This document shows, one piece after another, positions 1 to 9,462 of a DNA stretch of 64,000 nucleotides. The position numbers and the translations under genes were made by a program. Numbering within the stretch: the first letter of the stretch is position 1; every line of letters begins with the position of its first letter. Origin of the DNA: an uncultured Holophagales bacterium (GTDB lineage: Bacteria > Acidobacteriota > Thermoanaerobaculia > Multivoradales > UBA5704); NCBI GenBank assembly GCA_963842525.1, contig CAWJGT010000001.1, positions 224,001 through 288,000 on the forward strand. The letters run 5' to 3'. A model generated the notes under the pieces. The model worked only from the letters and a program-made list of their open reading frames with translations, made no database searches and was not told the origin of the DNA.

Positions 1-816
1 GAGCCTGAGGAGCGCCCCAACTCGGTCACTGAGCTGTGCCGGAAGCTTCGCGATGGGTTTTCCGGCGACCGGCCGGGTCGGAAGAAGCGAGCCCGCCAGC
101 CCCAGCCGGGAGAAGAGAGGGTGAACGAAAAGGACGGGTCGATACTGGTCTATGTGCCAGGCGGAGTGTACGCGCTGGGAGCCATAGACATTTCACCTGC
201 TGAGAAACCCGTCCATCGTGTGCTGCTGAGCCCGTTCTGGATGGCGAGACATCCGGTCACCCACGAACAGTACGGACGCTTCCTCAAGGAAAACCCCGAG
301 GCTCGCCAACCCGCGCATTGGACGGACCGGCGCTACAACCAGCTCCGACAGCCTGTCGTCGGTGTGAGTTGGGAAGAGGCAAAGGCCTATTGCGCTTGGG
401 CGGGGCTCCAGCTACCTACCGAGGCTCAGTGGGAGGCTGCGGCCCGGGGGAGAGACCGGCGGCGCTACCCCTGGGGAAACACGGAGCCGAGCCCGGAGCA
501 CGCCAATTTCAACACCCGGGAAGGCCGGACGATGCCTGTCGGAGCGTATCCGGATGGGGCAGGACCCTTTGGAACGCTGGACCAGGCAGGTAATGTCTGG
601 GAGTGGTGCGAGGATGTTTGGAATCCCGTGGCCTACCGCGAACGCGATGGAGTGTTGAACCCGGTAAGCGCGTCTGGTGATCCCCTTTTTCGTGCCTTGC
701 GCGGGGGCTCCTGGCTTGGGTCGACATCGCTTCTTGAGCCAGCATACCGAAGCTGGGCCAGAACCTCGACTCGGATCGGGTACATCGGCTTCCGCTGCTG
801 TCTGCCGGCTTCTTGA
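1..816 (+). CDS. SUMF1/FGE-sulfatase (formylglycine-generating enzyme family) domain protein, 5'-partial; probably the C-terminus of a Ser/Thr kinase fusion
   Basis: Frame is open from base 1. Motifs QPVVGVSWEEAKAYCAW, LPTEAQWEAAARG, YPWG, DQAGNVWEWC, RGGSW, IGFRC. The first residues EPEERPNSVTELCRKL resemble Hanks kinase subdomain XI. Confidence 0.85.
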   Translation, partial: EPEERPNSVTELCRKLRDGFSGDRPGRKKRARQPQPGEERVNEKDGSILVYVPGGVYALGAIDISPAEKPVHRVLLSPFWMARHPVTHEQYGRFLKENPEARQPAHWTDRRYNQLRQPVVGVSWEEAKAYCAWAGLQLPTEAQWEAAARGRDRRRYPWGNTEPSPEHANFNTREGRTMPVGAYPDGAGPFGTLDQAGNVWEWCEDVWNPVAYRERDGVLNPVSASGDPLFRALRGGSWLGSTSLLEPAYRSWARTSTRIGYIGFRCCLPAS

Positions 817-828
817 AGAGGCGCCATG

Positions 829-1357
829 CTCCGCAGAACCAGTGTCAGCTCACACTGGAGCGATGTCCCGGGACACTGGCCCAGCGTACGCTCCGCAAAC
901 CCAGTGTCAGCTCACACTGGAGCAATGCCCCGGGACGCTGGCCCAGTGTACGCTCCGCAAACCCAGTGTCAGCTCACACTGGAGCGATGTCCCGGGACAC
1001 TGGCCCAGCGTACGCTCCGCAAACCCAGTGTCAGCTCACACTGGAGCAATGCCCCGGGACGCTGGCCCAGTGTACGCTCCGCAAACCCAGTGTCAGCTCA
1101 CACTGGAGCAATGTCCCGGGACATTGGCTCAGCGTACGCTCCGCAAACCCAGCGTCAGCTCACACTGGAGCAATGCCCCGGGACACTGGCCCAGTGTGCG
1201 CTCCGCAAACCCAGTGTCAGCTCACACTGGAGCAATGTCCCGGTACATTGGCCAAGCGTACGCTCCGCAAAACCGGCGTCAGCTCACACTGGAGCAATGT
1301 CCCGGGGCACTGGCTCAGCGTACGCTCCGCAAACCCAGTGTCCGCTCACACTGGAGC
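829..1357. repeat. Tandem array of about 8.5 copies of a 62-bp unit built from three ~20-21-bp palindromic subunits
   Basis: Copies start at 829, 891, 953, 1015, 1077, 1139, 1201, 1263 and 1325. Unit CTCCGCAAAC-CCAGTGTCAGCTCACACTGG-AGC(A/G)ATG(T/C)CCCGGGAC(A/G)CTGG-CCCAG(C/T)GTACG. No unique spacers. Confidence 0.97.
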
Positions 1358-1377
1358 GCGTGCCGGGCCAGGTGCCA

Positions 1378-1557
1378 TCACTTCCAGCCCGCAGACGGTC
1401 GCAGCCGCACGGCGCGCAACACCTCGACATTGGCAAGCTCAATGGTGACGCGTGAGGGCCATGCCGCGAGGCTCTCCATCAGTGCATTGTTCTCCGCTTC
1501 GGGTAGCACCAGCTTGACCAGAGCCGAGGAGTCCAGATAGAGCAGCTCGCCACCCAC
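1378..1557 (-). pseudogene. vapC: Truncated VapC (PIN-domain) toxin
   Basis: LYLDSSALVKLVLPEAE...ELANVEVLRAVR is a PIN N-terminus. It stops after ~59 aa, about 20 bp before the repeat array, and the C-terminal half is missing. Confidence 0.8.
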
Positions 1558-1558
1558 C

Positions 1559-1837
1559 TCAGTCCTCCTGGCGCTGTTCCGTAAGCGCCTCCGAAATCGT
1601 GATCTCGTGGGGCCGATCCGCCGGCGGTCCAAGCTCCGTGAGATCGAGCCGGGCCGGCACGACGCGACCGGCGGCGATCAGCCGCTCCACCGCCGAGCTT
1701 TGCCCCGGCAGCGGCGCCAGGATGGCGACAGGCTCGTTCCGCTCGGTCACCTCGAAGCGTTCTCCCTCGGTCACCCGTCTCAGGTAATGACTGCGGTTCT
1801 GACGCAGCTCGCGGACGCCCACTTGTTGGGCTTTCAT
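1559..1837 (-). CDS. Phd/YefM (prevent-host-death) family antitoxin
   Basis: VGVRELRQNRSHYLRRVTEGERFEVTERNEPVAILAP; GGAGGA RBS upstream of ATG; directly upstream of the PIN gene. Confidence 0.9.
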   Translation of the reverse strand: MKAQQVGVRELRQNRSHYLRRVTEGERFEVTERNEPVAILAPLPGQSSAVERLIAAGRVVPARLDLTELGPPADRPHEITISEALTEQRQED

Positions 1838-1852
1838 CTTCCAATCCTCCAA

Positions 1853-1875
1853 CATGTAGCACTTTGTAGCACATT
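1853..1875 (-). promoter_or_regulatory. Probable TA promoter/operator
   Basis: TGTAGCAC occurs twice with 10-bp spacing (1855-1862, 1865-1872) just upstream of the antitoxin RBS; reads TGCTACA (extended -10-like) on the minus strand. Confidence 0.5.
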
Positions 1876-1911
1876 GCGGGAGGGTGTCGCTCGTATTAGC
1901 TTGCGCACTTC

Positions 1912-2407
1912 TCAAGAGCGAAGGTCCAATGGAAGCAGGAGTGTCCAAGACGTGCCGGACTCTCCAACCTTGCGGAAGCTCTCTGACTCGTAGAGATGCC
2001 TCGCGAAATTGGACGGACTCACGCTCAAGCTGAGCGCAGGGAAACCGTCTTCGCGAGCCACGGCAATGAGCGCCCGAACGAGAAGGCGTCCAAGTCCCCG
2101 GGAGCGATGGGCAGGATGCACTGCGACCCCGAGCTTCCGGCGTGCTGGCGTCTACGAAACCGTAGGAATGGAGCTGAGGCGTCCAGAGCCGGAACCAGGC
2201 GGCTCCCAGCCGTGCACCTTTCTCCTCAGCAACGACAGCGCGATCGCCCGGCCGCCCCCAGCCCCCGAGAAACTTTCGGGCTTCTGGTTCTTCCCGAAAC
2301 GCCTCGAGCGAAGGACGTGGTGTATCAGGACTCCAGAAGAATGCCTCGAAGAGCATCTCTTCAAGAAAGACCAGATCTGCCTCGTTGCCTGGCCGGACTT
2401 CCGCCAC
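1912..2407 (-). CDS. GNAT N-acetyltransferase (frameshift near 2135)
   Basis: GAAWFRLW...GFVDASTPE, then in another frame LGVAVHPAHRSRGLGRLLV (acetyl-CoA motif A) and NFARHLYESESF. Confidence 0.8.
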
Positions 2408-2414
2408 AGGAGCG

Positions 2415-3338
2415 CTACCCGAGCCCGATCTCCTCAAGAGACCGGGCTGTCAGCGCCCTTTTCGCCAGGAAGCTCAAGCGGTCTAAGGAATCGATCTCCT
2501 CGACCTGCCGGCGGACCCGGTCGGGTAAGGCTCCGAAACGCTCGCCGAGGAGATCGAGGAAGAGTGTCCTCGCCCCCTGCTCCCGACCCTCTGCCATCCC
2601 CTCGCGCCGCCCCTCTTTACGTCCCTGCGCGATCATCCGCTCTGACCAGGTCATCGCCATGGTTTGGACCTCCCGGTTCTCGTCGAGGTGGCCCAGAGCC
2701 TGGAACTCCCGGGCCTCCTCAGGTGTCAATTGTATATAGTATTCGACACAGTCGACCAGAAGAAGTCGCTGGACGTCGTTCAGCCCGGCGGAGGCGATCT
2801 TCCGCAGGCAGGCCAGCTTGTGCTCGGCGCGGCTTTGGGAGCCGGGGTCCATCAGGGCCGCCAGGGCCCAGGCCAGAGGCTCCGGCCGGACGAGGAACTC
2901 CGTGGCGTTGCAGCCGGCGAGGCCGAAGCTGACGTAGCGAAAGGCTTCGAGGTCCGCTCCGAGGACATCGTCTTCCAGGGCCTCCCGGTGGATGCCGGGC
3001 TTGCCTCGCTGGACGTAGACCACGATGGAGAGGATCCGGCAGTTGTGGCGAGCCTGAATCTGTCCCCGGTAGTCCCTGAGCCGCTTTCCCATCCCATCGG
3101 TCGCGCGGGCCTCGATCTCCACGTGCACGAACAGGTGCTCGCGCCGTCTCTTCCGCAGAGGCACTTTCGCGAGGAGATCGAGCTCGCGGCGGGTCCCCTT
3201 CCGCCAGTCCGTGAAGAACTCCTTGTCCAGGAAGACCGCCCTGGAGAGGTTGAGCTTCTCTGCGATCTGGGGGACGACCAGGCGCAGGAGGTCGGGTAGA
3301 AAGGCCCTGAACAGGCCCTTGAAGATCCGGTCATGCAT
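2415..3338 (-). CDS. Rpn/YhgA-like PD-(D/E)XK recombination-promoting nuclease (putative transposase), DUF4351-like C-terminus
   Basis: HDRIFKGLF, ELDLLAKV, FVHVEIE; tail EGRREGMAEGREQG...RFGALP...IDSLDRL. Confidence 0.85.
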   Translation of the reverse strand: MHDRIFKGLFRAFLPDLLRLVVPQIAEKLNLSRAVFLDKEFFTDWRKGTRRELDLLAKVPLRKRRREHLFVHVEIEARATDGMGKRLRDYRGQIQARHNCRILSIVVYVQRGKPGIHREALEDDVLGADLEAFRYVSFGLAGCNATEFLVRPEPLAWALAALMDPGSQSRAEHKLACLRKIASAGLNDVQRLLLVDCVEYYIQLTPEEAREFQALGHLDENREVQTMAMTWSERMIAQGRKEGRREGMAEGREQGARTLFLDLLGERFGALPDRVRRQVEEIDSLDRLSFLAKRALTARSLEEIGLG

Positions 3339-3496
3339 GACGCGGCGTCTCCCGGAGGACGGGGCTGCCGTCCCTCGGCGCGCACGCCTCCGTGTCTACC
3401 CCTTAAAAAGACGAAAAACCGTACCCAAATCTGTCATAACTCGGCAAAGTTGTTGAAATCTGGCGTTCCGCCTTGAATGTTCAGGGTGCCTGCGGA

Positions 3497-3526
3497 AACG
3501 AAAAGGGCGGGTTTCCCCGCCCTTTC
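3497..3526 (-). terminator. Rho-independent terminator after ctpA
   Basis: AAAGGGCGGG-TTTC-CCCGCCCTTT hairpin followed by a T-rich tract on the minus strand. Confidence 0.75.
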
Positions 3527-3561
3527 AGCCGTTCGAGCCCCACCCGCAGGCAGGGCAGCGT

Positions 3562-5196
3562 CTACAGCTTCCCCTTCGGGCTCTCCTCGCCGCGCTGGAT
3601 GCGCGGGTTGGCGATGTTGATCTCGCGACGCTGGGCGAGCATCGTGGCGGCGCGCTCGAAGAGGTTGAGGGCGGACTGGATCTGCGGATCGCCCCCGGCG
3701 AGCACGCGGTGCCGGGCTTCCTGGCCGAAGAGGCCGTTCAGGATCTCCGCCCGGGTCTGGAGCTCGACGTAGTCGCGGACCTCTTCCTTGGCGAAGGCCT
3801 CGTCGACCTCCTGCTGCGTCGCGAGCTTCTCCTTGACCAGCCAGTCCTTGAACTGGTCCACCACTTCCGGGCCGGGCTTCCAGTCGGCCGATTTGATGCG
3901 CGCCTTGTTGCGGCCCATGTAGTCGATGCCGAAGCTCAGGTAGGCGTTGCGCGCCAGCAGGAACTGTGAGAAGGGCGAGAGCTCCTCGTCCTTGACCACC
4001 ACGTCCGGGGTGATGCCGCCGCCGCCGTAGACCTTGCGGCCCAGGTCGGTGCGGAAGATCTCGTCGGGCGTCACCTCTTTGCCGAGCATCTCGGGGGAGC
4101 CGGCGTCGGCGTGGGTGTAGTAGTCGAAGTAGGAGCTGTAGTCGCGCTGGATCAGCCGGCCCGACGGCGTGTAGTACTTGGCCGTGGTGAGAGCCAGGCC
4201 CGCGCCGTAGGAGAGGTTGTAGACGGTCTGGACCAGCCCCTTGCCCCAGCTCGGGGTGCCGACCACGAGGCCGCGGTCGTGGTCCTGGATCGCGCCCGAG
4301 AGGATCTCAGCCGCCGAAGCGGTCCCCTCGTTGATCAGCACCACCACGGGCACGTCGAGGGCCGGATACTTGCCGCTCGCCTTGTAGGACTGGTAGGAGT
4401 CGCGCGTCCGGCCCTTGGTCTCGACGATCGTGCTGTCCTCGGGCAGGAACTGGTCGGCCACCTCGATCGCCTGGTCGAGCAGGCCGCCGCCGTTGTTGCG
4501 GACGTCGACCAGGAGCTGCTTCATGCCCTGTGCCTTGAGCTTGTCGATCGCCTCGGCCACCTCGCGGCCGGTGCCGCGGGAGAACTCGGTTACCTGGAGG
4601 TAGCCCGTGGTCGGAGTGAGCATGTAGGACTGGCGCACCGTGGTCTGCGGGATCTCGGCCCGGGTGACCGACATGGCGAGCGGCTCCGGGAGGCCGCGGC
4701 GCACGATGGAGATCTTCACCTGCGTGCCTTTGGGCCCCTTGAGCTTCTGCACCGCCTCGTCGAGGGACATGGAGTCCGTGGGCTCGCCCTCGATCGTGCT
4801 GATCACGTCGCCCGCCTGGATCCCCATGCGCGAGGCCGGAGTCCCTTCGAGGGGCGAGATCACCGTGAGCTGCCCGTTGCGCACCCCGACGAGGATGCCC
4901 AGACCGTAGAAGCTGGTCTGCTGCTTCTCCCGCATCCCCTCGTAGGCCTCGGGCGGGAGGAAGTTGGTGTGCGGGTCGAGCGCCCGGATCATGCCGTTGA
5001 TCGAGGAGTAGACGAGGTCGCGGTAGCTCACCTCGGCGCCGTACTTCTCGTGCGCCACGTTGAGCAGCTCGGTGTAGAGCCGGAGGGAGTCGCGCGTCTC
5101 GTTGGTCAGGGCGAGGAGGCGGTCGCCCACCAGGCCGCCCACGACCAGGGACAGGGTGAACAGAGCGATTGCGGTGATGCGCCAGGAACGTCTCAT
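3562..5196 (-). CDS. ctpA: S41 family carboxyl-terminal processing protease
   Basis: LDPHTNF, PDZ (FYGLGI), DVRNNGGG, TASAAEILSGAIQD (catalytic Ser), GKGLVQ (Lys), LTTAKYYTPSG. Confidence 0.95.
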   Translation of the reverse strand: MRRSWRITAIALFTLSLVVGGLVGDRLLALTNETRDSLRLYTELLNVAHEKYGAEVSYRDLVYSSINGMIRALDPHTNFLPPEAYEGMREKQQTSFYGLGILVGVRNGQLTVISPLEGTPASRMGIQAGDVISTIEGEPTDSMSLDEAVQKLKGPKGTQVKISIVRRGLPEPLAMSVTRAEIPQTTVRQSYMLTPTTGYLQVTEFSRGTGREVAEAIDKLKAQGMKQLLVDVRNNGGGLLDQAIEVADQFLPEDSTIVETKGRTRDSYQSYKASGKYPALDVPVVVLINEGTASAAEILSGAIQDHDRGLVVGTPSWGKGLVQTVYNLSYGAGLALTTAKYYTPSGRLIQRDYSSYFDYYTHADAGSPEMLGKEVTPDEIFRTDLGRKVYGGGGITPDVVVKDEELSPFSQFLLARNAYLSFGIDYMGRNKARIKSADWKPGPEVVDQFKDWLVKEKLATQQEVDEAFAKEEVRDYVELQTRAEILNGLFGQEARHRVLAGGDPQIQSALNLFERAATMLAQRREINIANPRIQRGEESPKGKL

Positions 5197-5276
5197 AGCT
5201 CTAAGAGTGTAGCATCCCCGGGGCCGGTCCTTGACTTTGAGGGGTGGCGGCTCGATGATCGGCAGGGAGACCCGCG

Positions 5277-5606
5277 ATGTTCGGCCTCGGCGTACCTGAG
5301 CTCATCTTCATCTTCGTGCTGGCGCTGCTCATCTTCGGCCCGAAGCGGCTGCCCGAGCTGGGCCGTACCGTCGGCCGGGGACTATCCGAGTTCCGCAAGG
5401 CGTCGAACGATCTGCAGCGGACGCTCAATACCGAGCTGGCGCTCGACGAGCCGGTCGTGCCGCCGTCGCTCCGCCCGAACCGGCTGCTGGACTCCCTGGT
5501 CAACCCGCGGACGGCTGCTCCGGCCGCTCCCATGGCACACGCCGTGCCGGTTCTCGAGTCACCGCAGGAGCAGCCCCCTGTGAACGAGCCGGTCGAGCCC
5601 CAGTAG
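5277..5606 (+). CDS. tatA: Twin-arginine translocase TatA/TatB family subunit
   Basis: MFGLGVPELIFIFVLALLIFGPKRLPELGRTVGRGLSEFRKA. Confidence 0.9.
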   Translation: MFGLGVPELIFIFVLALLIFGPKRLPELGRTVGRGLSEFRKASNDLQRTLNTELALDEPVVPPSLRPNRLLDSLVNPRTAAPAAPMAHAVPVLESPQEQPPVNEPVEPQ

Positions 5607-5633
5607 CCGCACTCTGGCCGCCCCTAGCCCCTG

Positions 5634-6410
5634 ATGGCACATCAGCCCGCGCGCATCCCGGCCCCGCCGACCGAGGAGGAGCTGTCCCGCATGTCGCTCC
5701 TCGAGCATCTGGAGGAGCTGCGCAAGCGCATTTTCTGGGCGCTCCTCAGTCTGGTCGTGGCGTTCGGCCCCTGCTGGTACTTCCACCAGCAGATCTTCGC
5801 CTTCCTCGAGAGGCCTATCAAGGAGCTGAGGCCGGACGAGAAGCTGGTCTTCACCGGGCTGACCGACCCTTTCATCCTCTACTTCAAGGTGTCGACGCTG
5901 GCGGCGCTGTTCCTTGCCGCGCCGTTCGTCCTCTACCAGCTCTGGCAGTTCGTGGCCCCGGGCCTCTACAAGCGCGAGCGCTTCTTCCTGATCCCCTTCC
6001 TGCTCTTCGGCTCGCTGTTTTTCCTGGGCGGCGGGGCCTTCGCCTACTACGTGGCGTTCCCGCGGGCCGCGGACTTCCTGCTGTCGATGGGGGAGAGATT
6101 CGAGCTGATGCTCACGATCGAGCGCTACTACAGCTTCCTGCTGACGATGATCCTCGGCATGGGGCTGATGTTCGAGCTGCCGGTCGTGATCCTGGTGCTC
6201 GCGGGGCTCGGCGTGGTGACTCCGCGTTTCCTGCTGCGCCACTTCCGCTGGGCGGTCCTCGTCATCTTCGTCGTCTCCGCGATCATCACGCCCACCCCGG
6301 ACGTGGTCAACATGTGCGTCTTCGCCATCCCCGCACTGGGGCTCTATCTGCTGGGCATTGCCGCAGCCTACATGGTGGCGCCGAAGGCTAACCGTACCCC
6401 AGAGCCTTGA
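5634..6410 (+). CDS. tatC: Twin-arginine translocase TatC
   Basis: MSLLEHLEELRKR, WQFVAPGLYKRE, FELPV, AIITPTPD. Confidence 0.97.
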   Translation: MAHQPARIPAPPTEEELSRMSLLEHLEELRKRIFWALLSLVVAFGPCWYFHQQIFAFLERPIKELRPDEKLVFTGLTDPFILYFKVSTLAALFLAAPFVLYQLWQFVAPGLYKRERFFLIPFLLFGSLFFLGGGAFAYYVAFPRAADFLLSMGERFELMLTIERYYSFLLTMILGMGLMFELPVVILVLAGLGVVTPRFLLRHFRWAVLVIFVVSAIITPTPDVVNMCVFAIPALGLYLLGIAAAYMVAPKANRTPEP

Positions 6411-8283
6411 GGCGCGCCCTCTCCTCGTCGGTCTGCTCCCGGGCCTTGGGCTGCGGCCGGCTTTGGCGGTCGGCGAGCCAGCGGCGGAGAAGGTCGGAGA
6501 GCTGAGCCTCGGCCGGGAGGCCCTGGCCGGCGAGGTTGCGGGTCTCGCCCGGATCGGCCTTCAGGTCGTAGAGGTAGGCGCCGTCGGCGAAGAACTTGGT
6601 GTTTCCCTGGCTGAGGATGTACTTGTGGTCCGGGGTGCGGACCATCAGGCCGAGCCGGCCGGCATGCTCGGCGAAGATGGCGCGCCGCCCGTGCTTCCCC
6701 TCGCCGGTCAGCTCGCGCAGGTCCTTGCCGTTCTGCGACGGCACTTCGAGGCCGGCCGCCTTGACGAGGGTGGGGAAGAGGTCGAGGGTCTCGACCAGGC
6801 CGTGGATGCGCTGCCCCTGCCGCTCGCTGCCCGGCCAGCGGATCATCAGGGGCACGTGGGTGGTCGTGTCGTGGAGCCCGACGTGACGGTAGCGGACACC
6901 GTGCTCGCCGAGGCCCTCGCCATGGTCCGCCACCACGGCGACGACGGTGTTTTCCAGCAGGCCCCGGCTCTCCAGGAACCCGAGGAGGCGGCCCACCTGG
7001 CGGTCGAGGTAGGCGACCTCGCCGGCGTAGAGGTCGCGGTTCCCGCCCAGGACTGGCTCGTCGAAGTACCGCGGTCCGGTGGGCCGGAACGGGGCCCACT
7101 TCCGCACCGGGCCGAGGCCGGCGGGCGCGGCCGGGCGAAAGCCCAGGGAGAAAGGCTCCGGCGGGGTGTGGGGCGTGTGCGGGTCGAAGAGGTGGATCCA
7201 GGCGAAGAACGGGCGCTTCTCGGCGACATCACGGCCCGAGAGCCAGTCGAGGGTCATGTCGACCGCGATCTCGCCCGAGAAGTGCTCGGTGGCGCGGGTG
7301 ACCTCGTCGAAGCCCTGGCCGAGCCCCGAGTTGTGGTCTCCCAGGTGGGCGGCGGAGATGAGGGCCAGGGTCTCGTAGCCGGCCCCCTTCAGGATCTCGG
7401 GGAGGGTCGTCTGGCTCCGCGGCAGGGGCGTGCGCAGGTCGTAGACGCCATGGTTCTTGCCGTAGAGGCCGGTGAGGATCGAGGCGAAGCTCGGGTTGGT
7501 GACGTTGAAGACGCTGTAGGCGTCGAGCCAGACGTCGCTCTGCTCCGCCAGGCGGTCCATGGCCGGGGTGAGGCTGGGCTTGCGGCCCCAGGCGCCCACG
7601 TGGTCGGCGCGCAGAGTATCGATCCCGATCAGGAGGATGTTGGGCCGGCCCGGGCTCGCGGGGGGCTTCGCCGGCGCCGTGCCGCGCTGGTAGACCGCGG
7701 GGCTTCCCCAGAGAGCCGAAGGGAACGGCAGGCCGCGAGCGATCACCTCGGGCGGCGCCCGGAGCTCGAGGATGAGGTCGATCTCACGGCCGGCAAATGC
7801 CGAGAGATCAACCTCGATCGCGGCGGGAGCGATCGGTCCCATCGGCGCGACCGGGGCCTCCTGGACCCCGACGACCTTGCCCGGCGCCTCGCGCAGCTCG
7901 ACCCGGTAGGTGCAGGGACACGGTTTCTCGGCGCCCAGGGGGATGAATGAGAAGTAGGCCTCCGGGCCGACCTTGAGGTGCCAGACGAGGCGGGAGCCGG
8001 CCACCTGCTCCAGGGCCCGGACCTGCCCGGCCGTGCGCCGCGGGAAGGCGATGAGCTGCTGGGGCGCGACCAGGCGCATGTCCCGCACCTCCTCGGCGCC
8101 GAGGAACGAGATCCGCTGGATCGACACCCGCAGCCACTTGTTGTCGATCGGCATGGCCTCGACCTTCGGCTTGGCCTGCCACAGGTCGAACCGCTCCCAC
8201 GGCAGCTCCGGAGGCACAGCCGGCTCCCGCCGGCAGGCGGTGAGCAGGAGGAGGGCGAGGAGCGGGAGGAAACGGCGAATCAC
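6388..8283 (-). CDS. Sulfatase-like hydrolase/transferase lipoprotein (alkaline phosphatase superfamily)
   Basis: Lipobox LLLTAC after GTG 8283; PNILLIGIDTLRADH, TNPSFASILTG, HLFDPHTP, ADHGE, LYDLKADPGE, LKALGY. Confidence 0.88.
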   Translation of the reverse strand: MIRRFLPLLALLLLTACRREPAVPPELPWERFDLWQAKPKVEAMPIDNKWLRVSIQRISFLGAEEVRDMRLVAPQQLIAFPRRTAGQVRALEQVAGSRLVWHLKVGPEAYFSFIPLGAEKPCPCTYRVELREAPGKVVGVQEAPVAPMGPIAPAAIEVDLSAFAGREIDLILELRAPPEVIARGLPFPSALWGSPAVYQRGTAPAKPPASPGRPNILLIGIDTLRADHVGAWGRKPSLTPAMDRLAEQSDVWLDAYSVFNVTNPSFASILTGLYGKNHGVYDLRTPLPRSQTTLPEILKGAGYETLALISAAHLGDHNSGLGQGFDEVTRATEHFSGEIAVDMTLDWLSGRDVAEKRPFFAWIHLFDPHTPHTPPEPFSLGFRPAAPAGLGPVRKWAPFRPTGPRYFDEPVLGGNRDLYAGEVAYLDRQVGRLLGFLESRGLLENTVVAVVADHGEGLGEHGVRYRHVGLHDTTTHVPLMIRWPGSERQGQRIHGLVETLDLFPTLVKAAGLEVPSQNGKDLRELTGEGKHGRRAIFAEHAGRLGLMVRTPDHKYILSQGNTKFFADGAYLYDLKADPGETRNLAGQGLPAEAQLSDLLRRWLADRQSRPQPKAREQTDEERARLKALGYG

Positions 8284-8294
8284 GGCCCGGGAGT

Positions 8295-8457
8295 TTAGAA
8301 CACCCGGTCGTAGACGTCGCGCAGAGCCAGCCTGCAGCCGATCGAGGGGGAGCTCGACGGAATCCTCGATCCGGTCCGTCTCGGTCAACAGCCAGCCGTC
8401 CTTCTGGCGCACCCAGTGCTCCTCGACGGTAACCCGCTGCTTCGGTTCCGATGCCAT
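8295..8457 (-). pseudogene. Internally deleted Uma2-family endonuclease remnant
   Basis: Uma2-type N-terminus MASEPKQRVTVEE joined directly to the C-terminus HWVRQKDGWLLTETDRIEDSVELP(-1 C)SIGCRLALRDVYDRVF*. Confidence 0.7.
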
Positions 8458-8481
8458 AGAACCAATGTAGCACAGCCCGGA

Positions 8482-9462
8482 TCAGGCGGGCTCCGCCGGT
8501 TGGCGCCGCCACCGCTTGTGCCACCAGACCCACTGCTCGGGGCGGCGGCGGATCTGCTGCTCGATGGCGGCGGTCATGACGGCCGTGGCCTCCCGCGGGT
8601 CGTCGGGGAGGTCGAGGGCGGGGTGGAAGGTGACGAGGTGGTCGCCGTCCGGGAGGCGCTCGATGAAGGAGGGGATCACCCGCGCTTTCTGGCGGAGAGC
8701 GATCTCGGCGGCTCCCACGGGGGTGAAGGCGGGACGGCCGAAAAAGGGGACCCAGACGCCGTCGACCTTGGTGTCCTGGTCGATGAGCATGGCGAGGGCG
8801 CCGCCGCTGCGCAGGGTGCCGAGGAGCTGGCGGGCCGCTCCCGGGGTGCCTCGCGCGATGGTGGTCGTGCCGAAGTGGGCCCGGAGGTCCACCAGGATCT
8901 TCTGGACGGCCTGGTCGTCCAGGGGCCGGGCCACCGCGGCCGGCGGGAAGCCGCTGTCCGCCAGGACCGTGCCGATCAGCTCCCAGTTGCCGCAGTGGCC
9001 GGTGAGGATCAGGACCGGCCGGCCGGCGGCGCGCGCAGCCTCCAGCTCTTCGCGGCCTTGGACCGCGAGGTGCCGCAGGATCTCCTCGCGGTCCCGCTTC
9101 AGGAAATGGAGGAGCTCGGCAAGGTTCATCCCCGCCTGGAGGAAGGCGGCCCGGCCGATGCGCCGGCGCTCCGGCTCGGGCACCTCGGGCAGCGCGAGGG
9201 CGAGGTGGTCCAGGGACCGGCGGCGGTCACGGCTGGAGAAGCGCCAGGCGAGCCGGCCAAGGGTCCGGCCGTAGGCCAGGGCAGCCCGCCGCGGCAGGAG
9301 GCCGAACCAGAGAGCGAGGCCGCGGACGGCCACCGGCAGCAAGGCGGACCGCAGACCGCTCAGAGCGCGGCGGCGCCGGGATCTGCCCGCTCCGGACGCG
9401 GTCCCGGGCGCCGAGGAGGACCGGATCAGCCGGATGCCGGATTCTTCACGTGGTGCCGGCAT
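8482..9462 (-). CDS. lpxL: Lipid A late acyltransferase (LpxL/HtrB family)
   Basis: GHCGNWE (HxxxxE), LIDQD, VPFFGRPA, PEQWVWWHKRW. Confidence 0.9.
   Translation of the reverse strand: MPAPREESGIRLIRSSSAPGTASGAGRSRRRRALSGLRSALLPVAVRGLALWFGLLPRRAALAYGRTLGRLAWRFSSRDRRRSLDHLALALPEVPEPERRRIGRAAFLQAGMNLAELLHFLKRDREEILRHLAVQGREELEAARAAGRPVLILTGHCGNWELIGTVLADSGFPPAAVARPLDDQAVQKILVDLRAHFGTTTIARGTPGAARQLLGTLRSGGALAMLIDQDTKVDGVWVPFFGRPAFTPVGAAEIALRQKARVIPSFIERLPDGDHLVTFHPALDLPDDPREATAVMTAAIEQQIRRRPEQWVWWHKRWRRQPAEPA

Noticed and set aside
829-1357. CRISPR array
   Set aside because: The whole 62-bp unit repeats with no unique spacers, and there are no cas genes in the window.
677-1540. Three overlapping repeat-protein ORFs (677, 813, 826)
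   Set aside because: The unit is not a multiple of 3, so all frames give the same permuted peptide. This is a by-product of a stop-free repeat.
1559-2437. GNAT-Phd fusion protein of 292 aa
   Set aside because: Caused by a frameshift in the GNAT gene. The antitoxin has its own RBS and ATG at 1837.
2415-3338. Insertion sequence around the Rpn gene
   Set aside because: No terminal inverted repeats or target duplication seen. Rpn proteins are not proven transposases.
8284-8457. N-terminal extension of the sulfatase
   Set aside because: It is a Uma2 remnant. The sulfatase signal peptide starts at GTG 8283.
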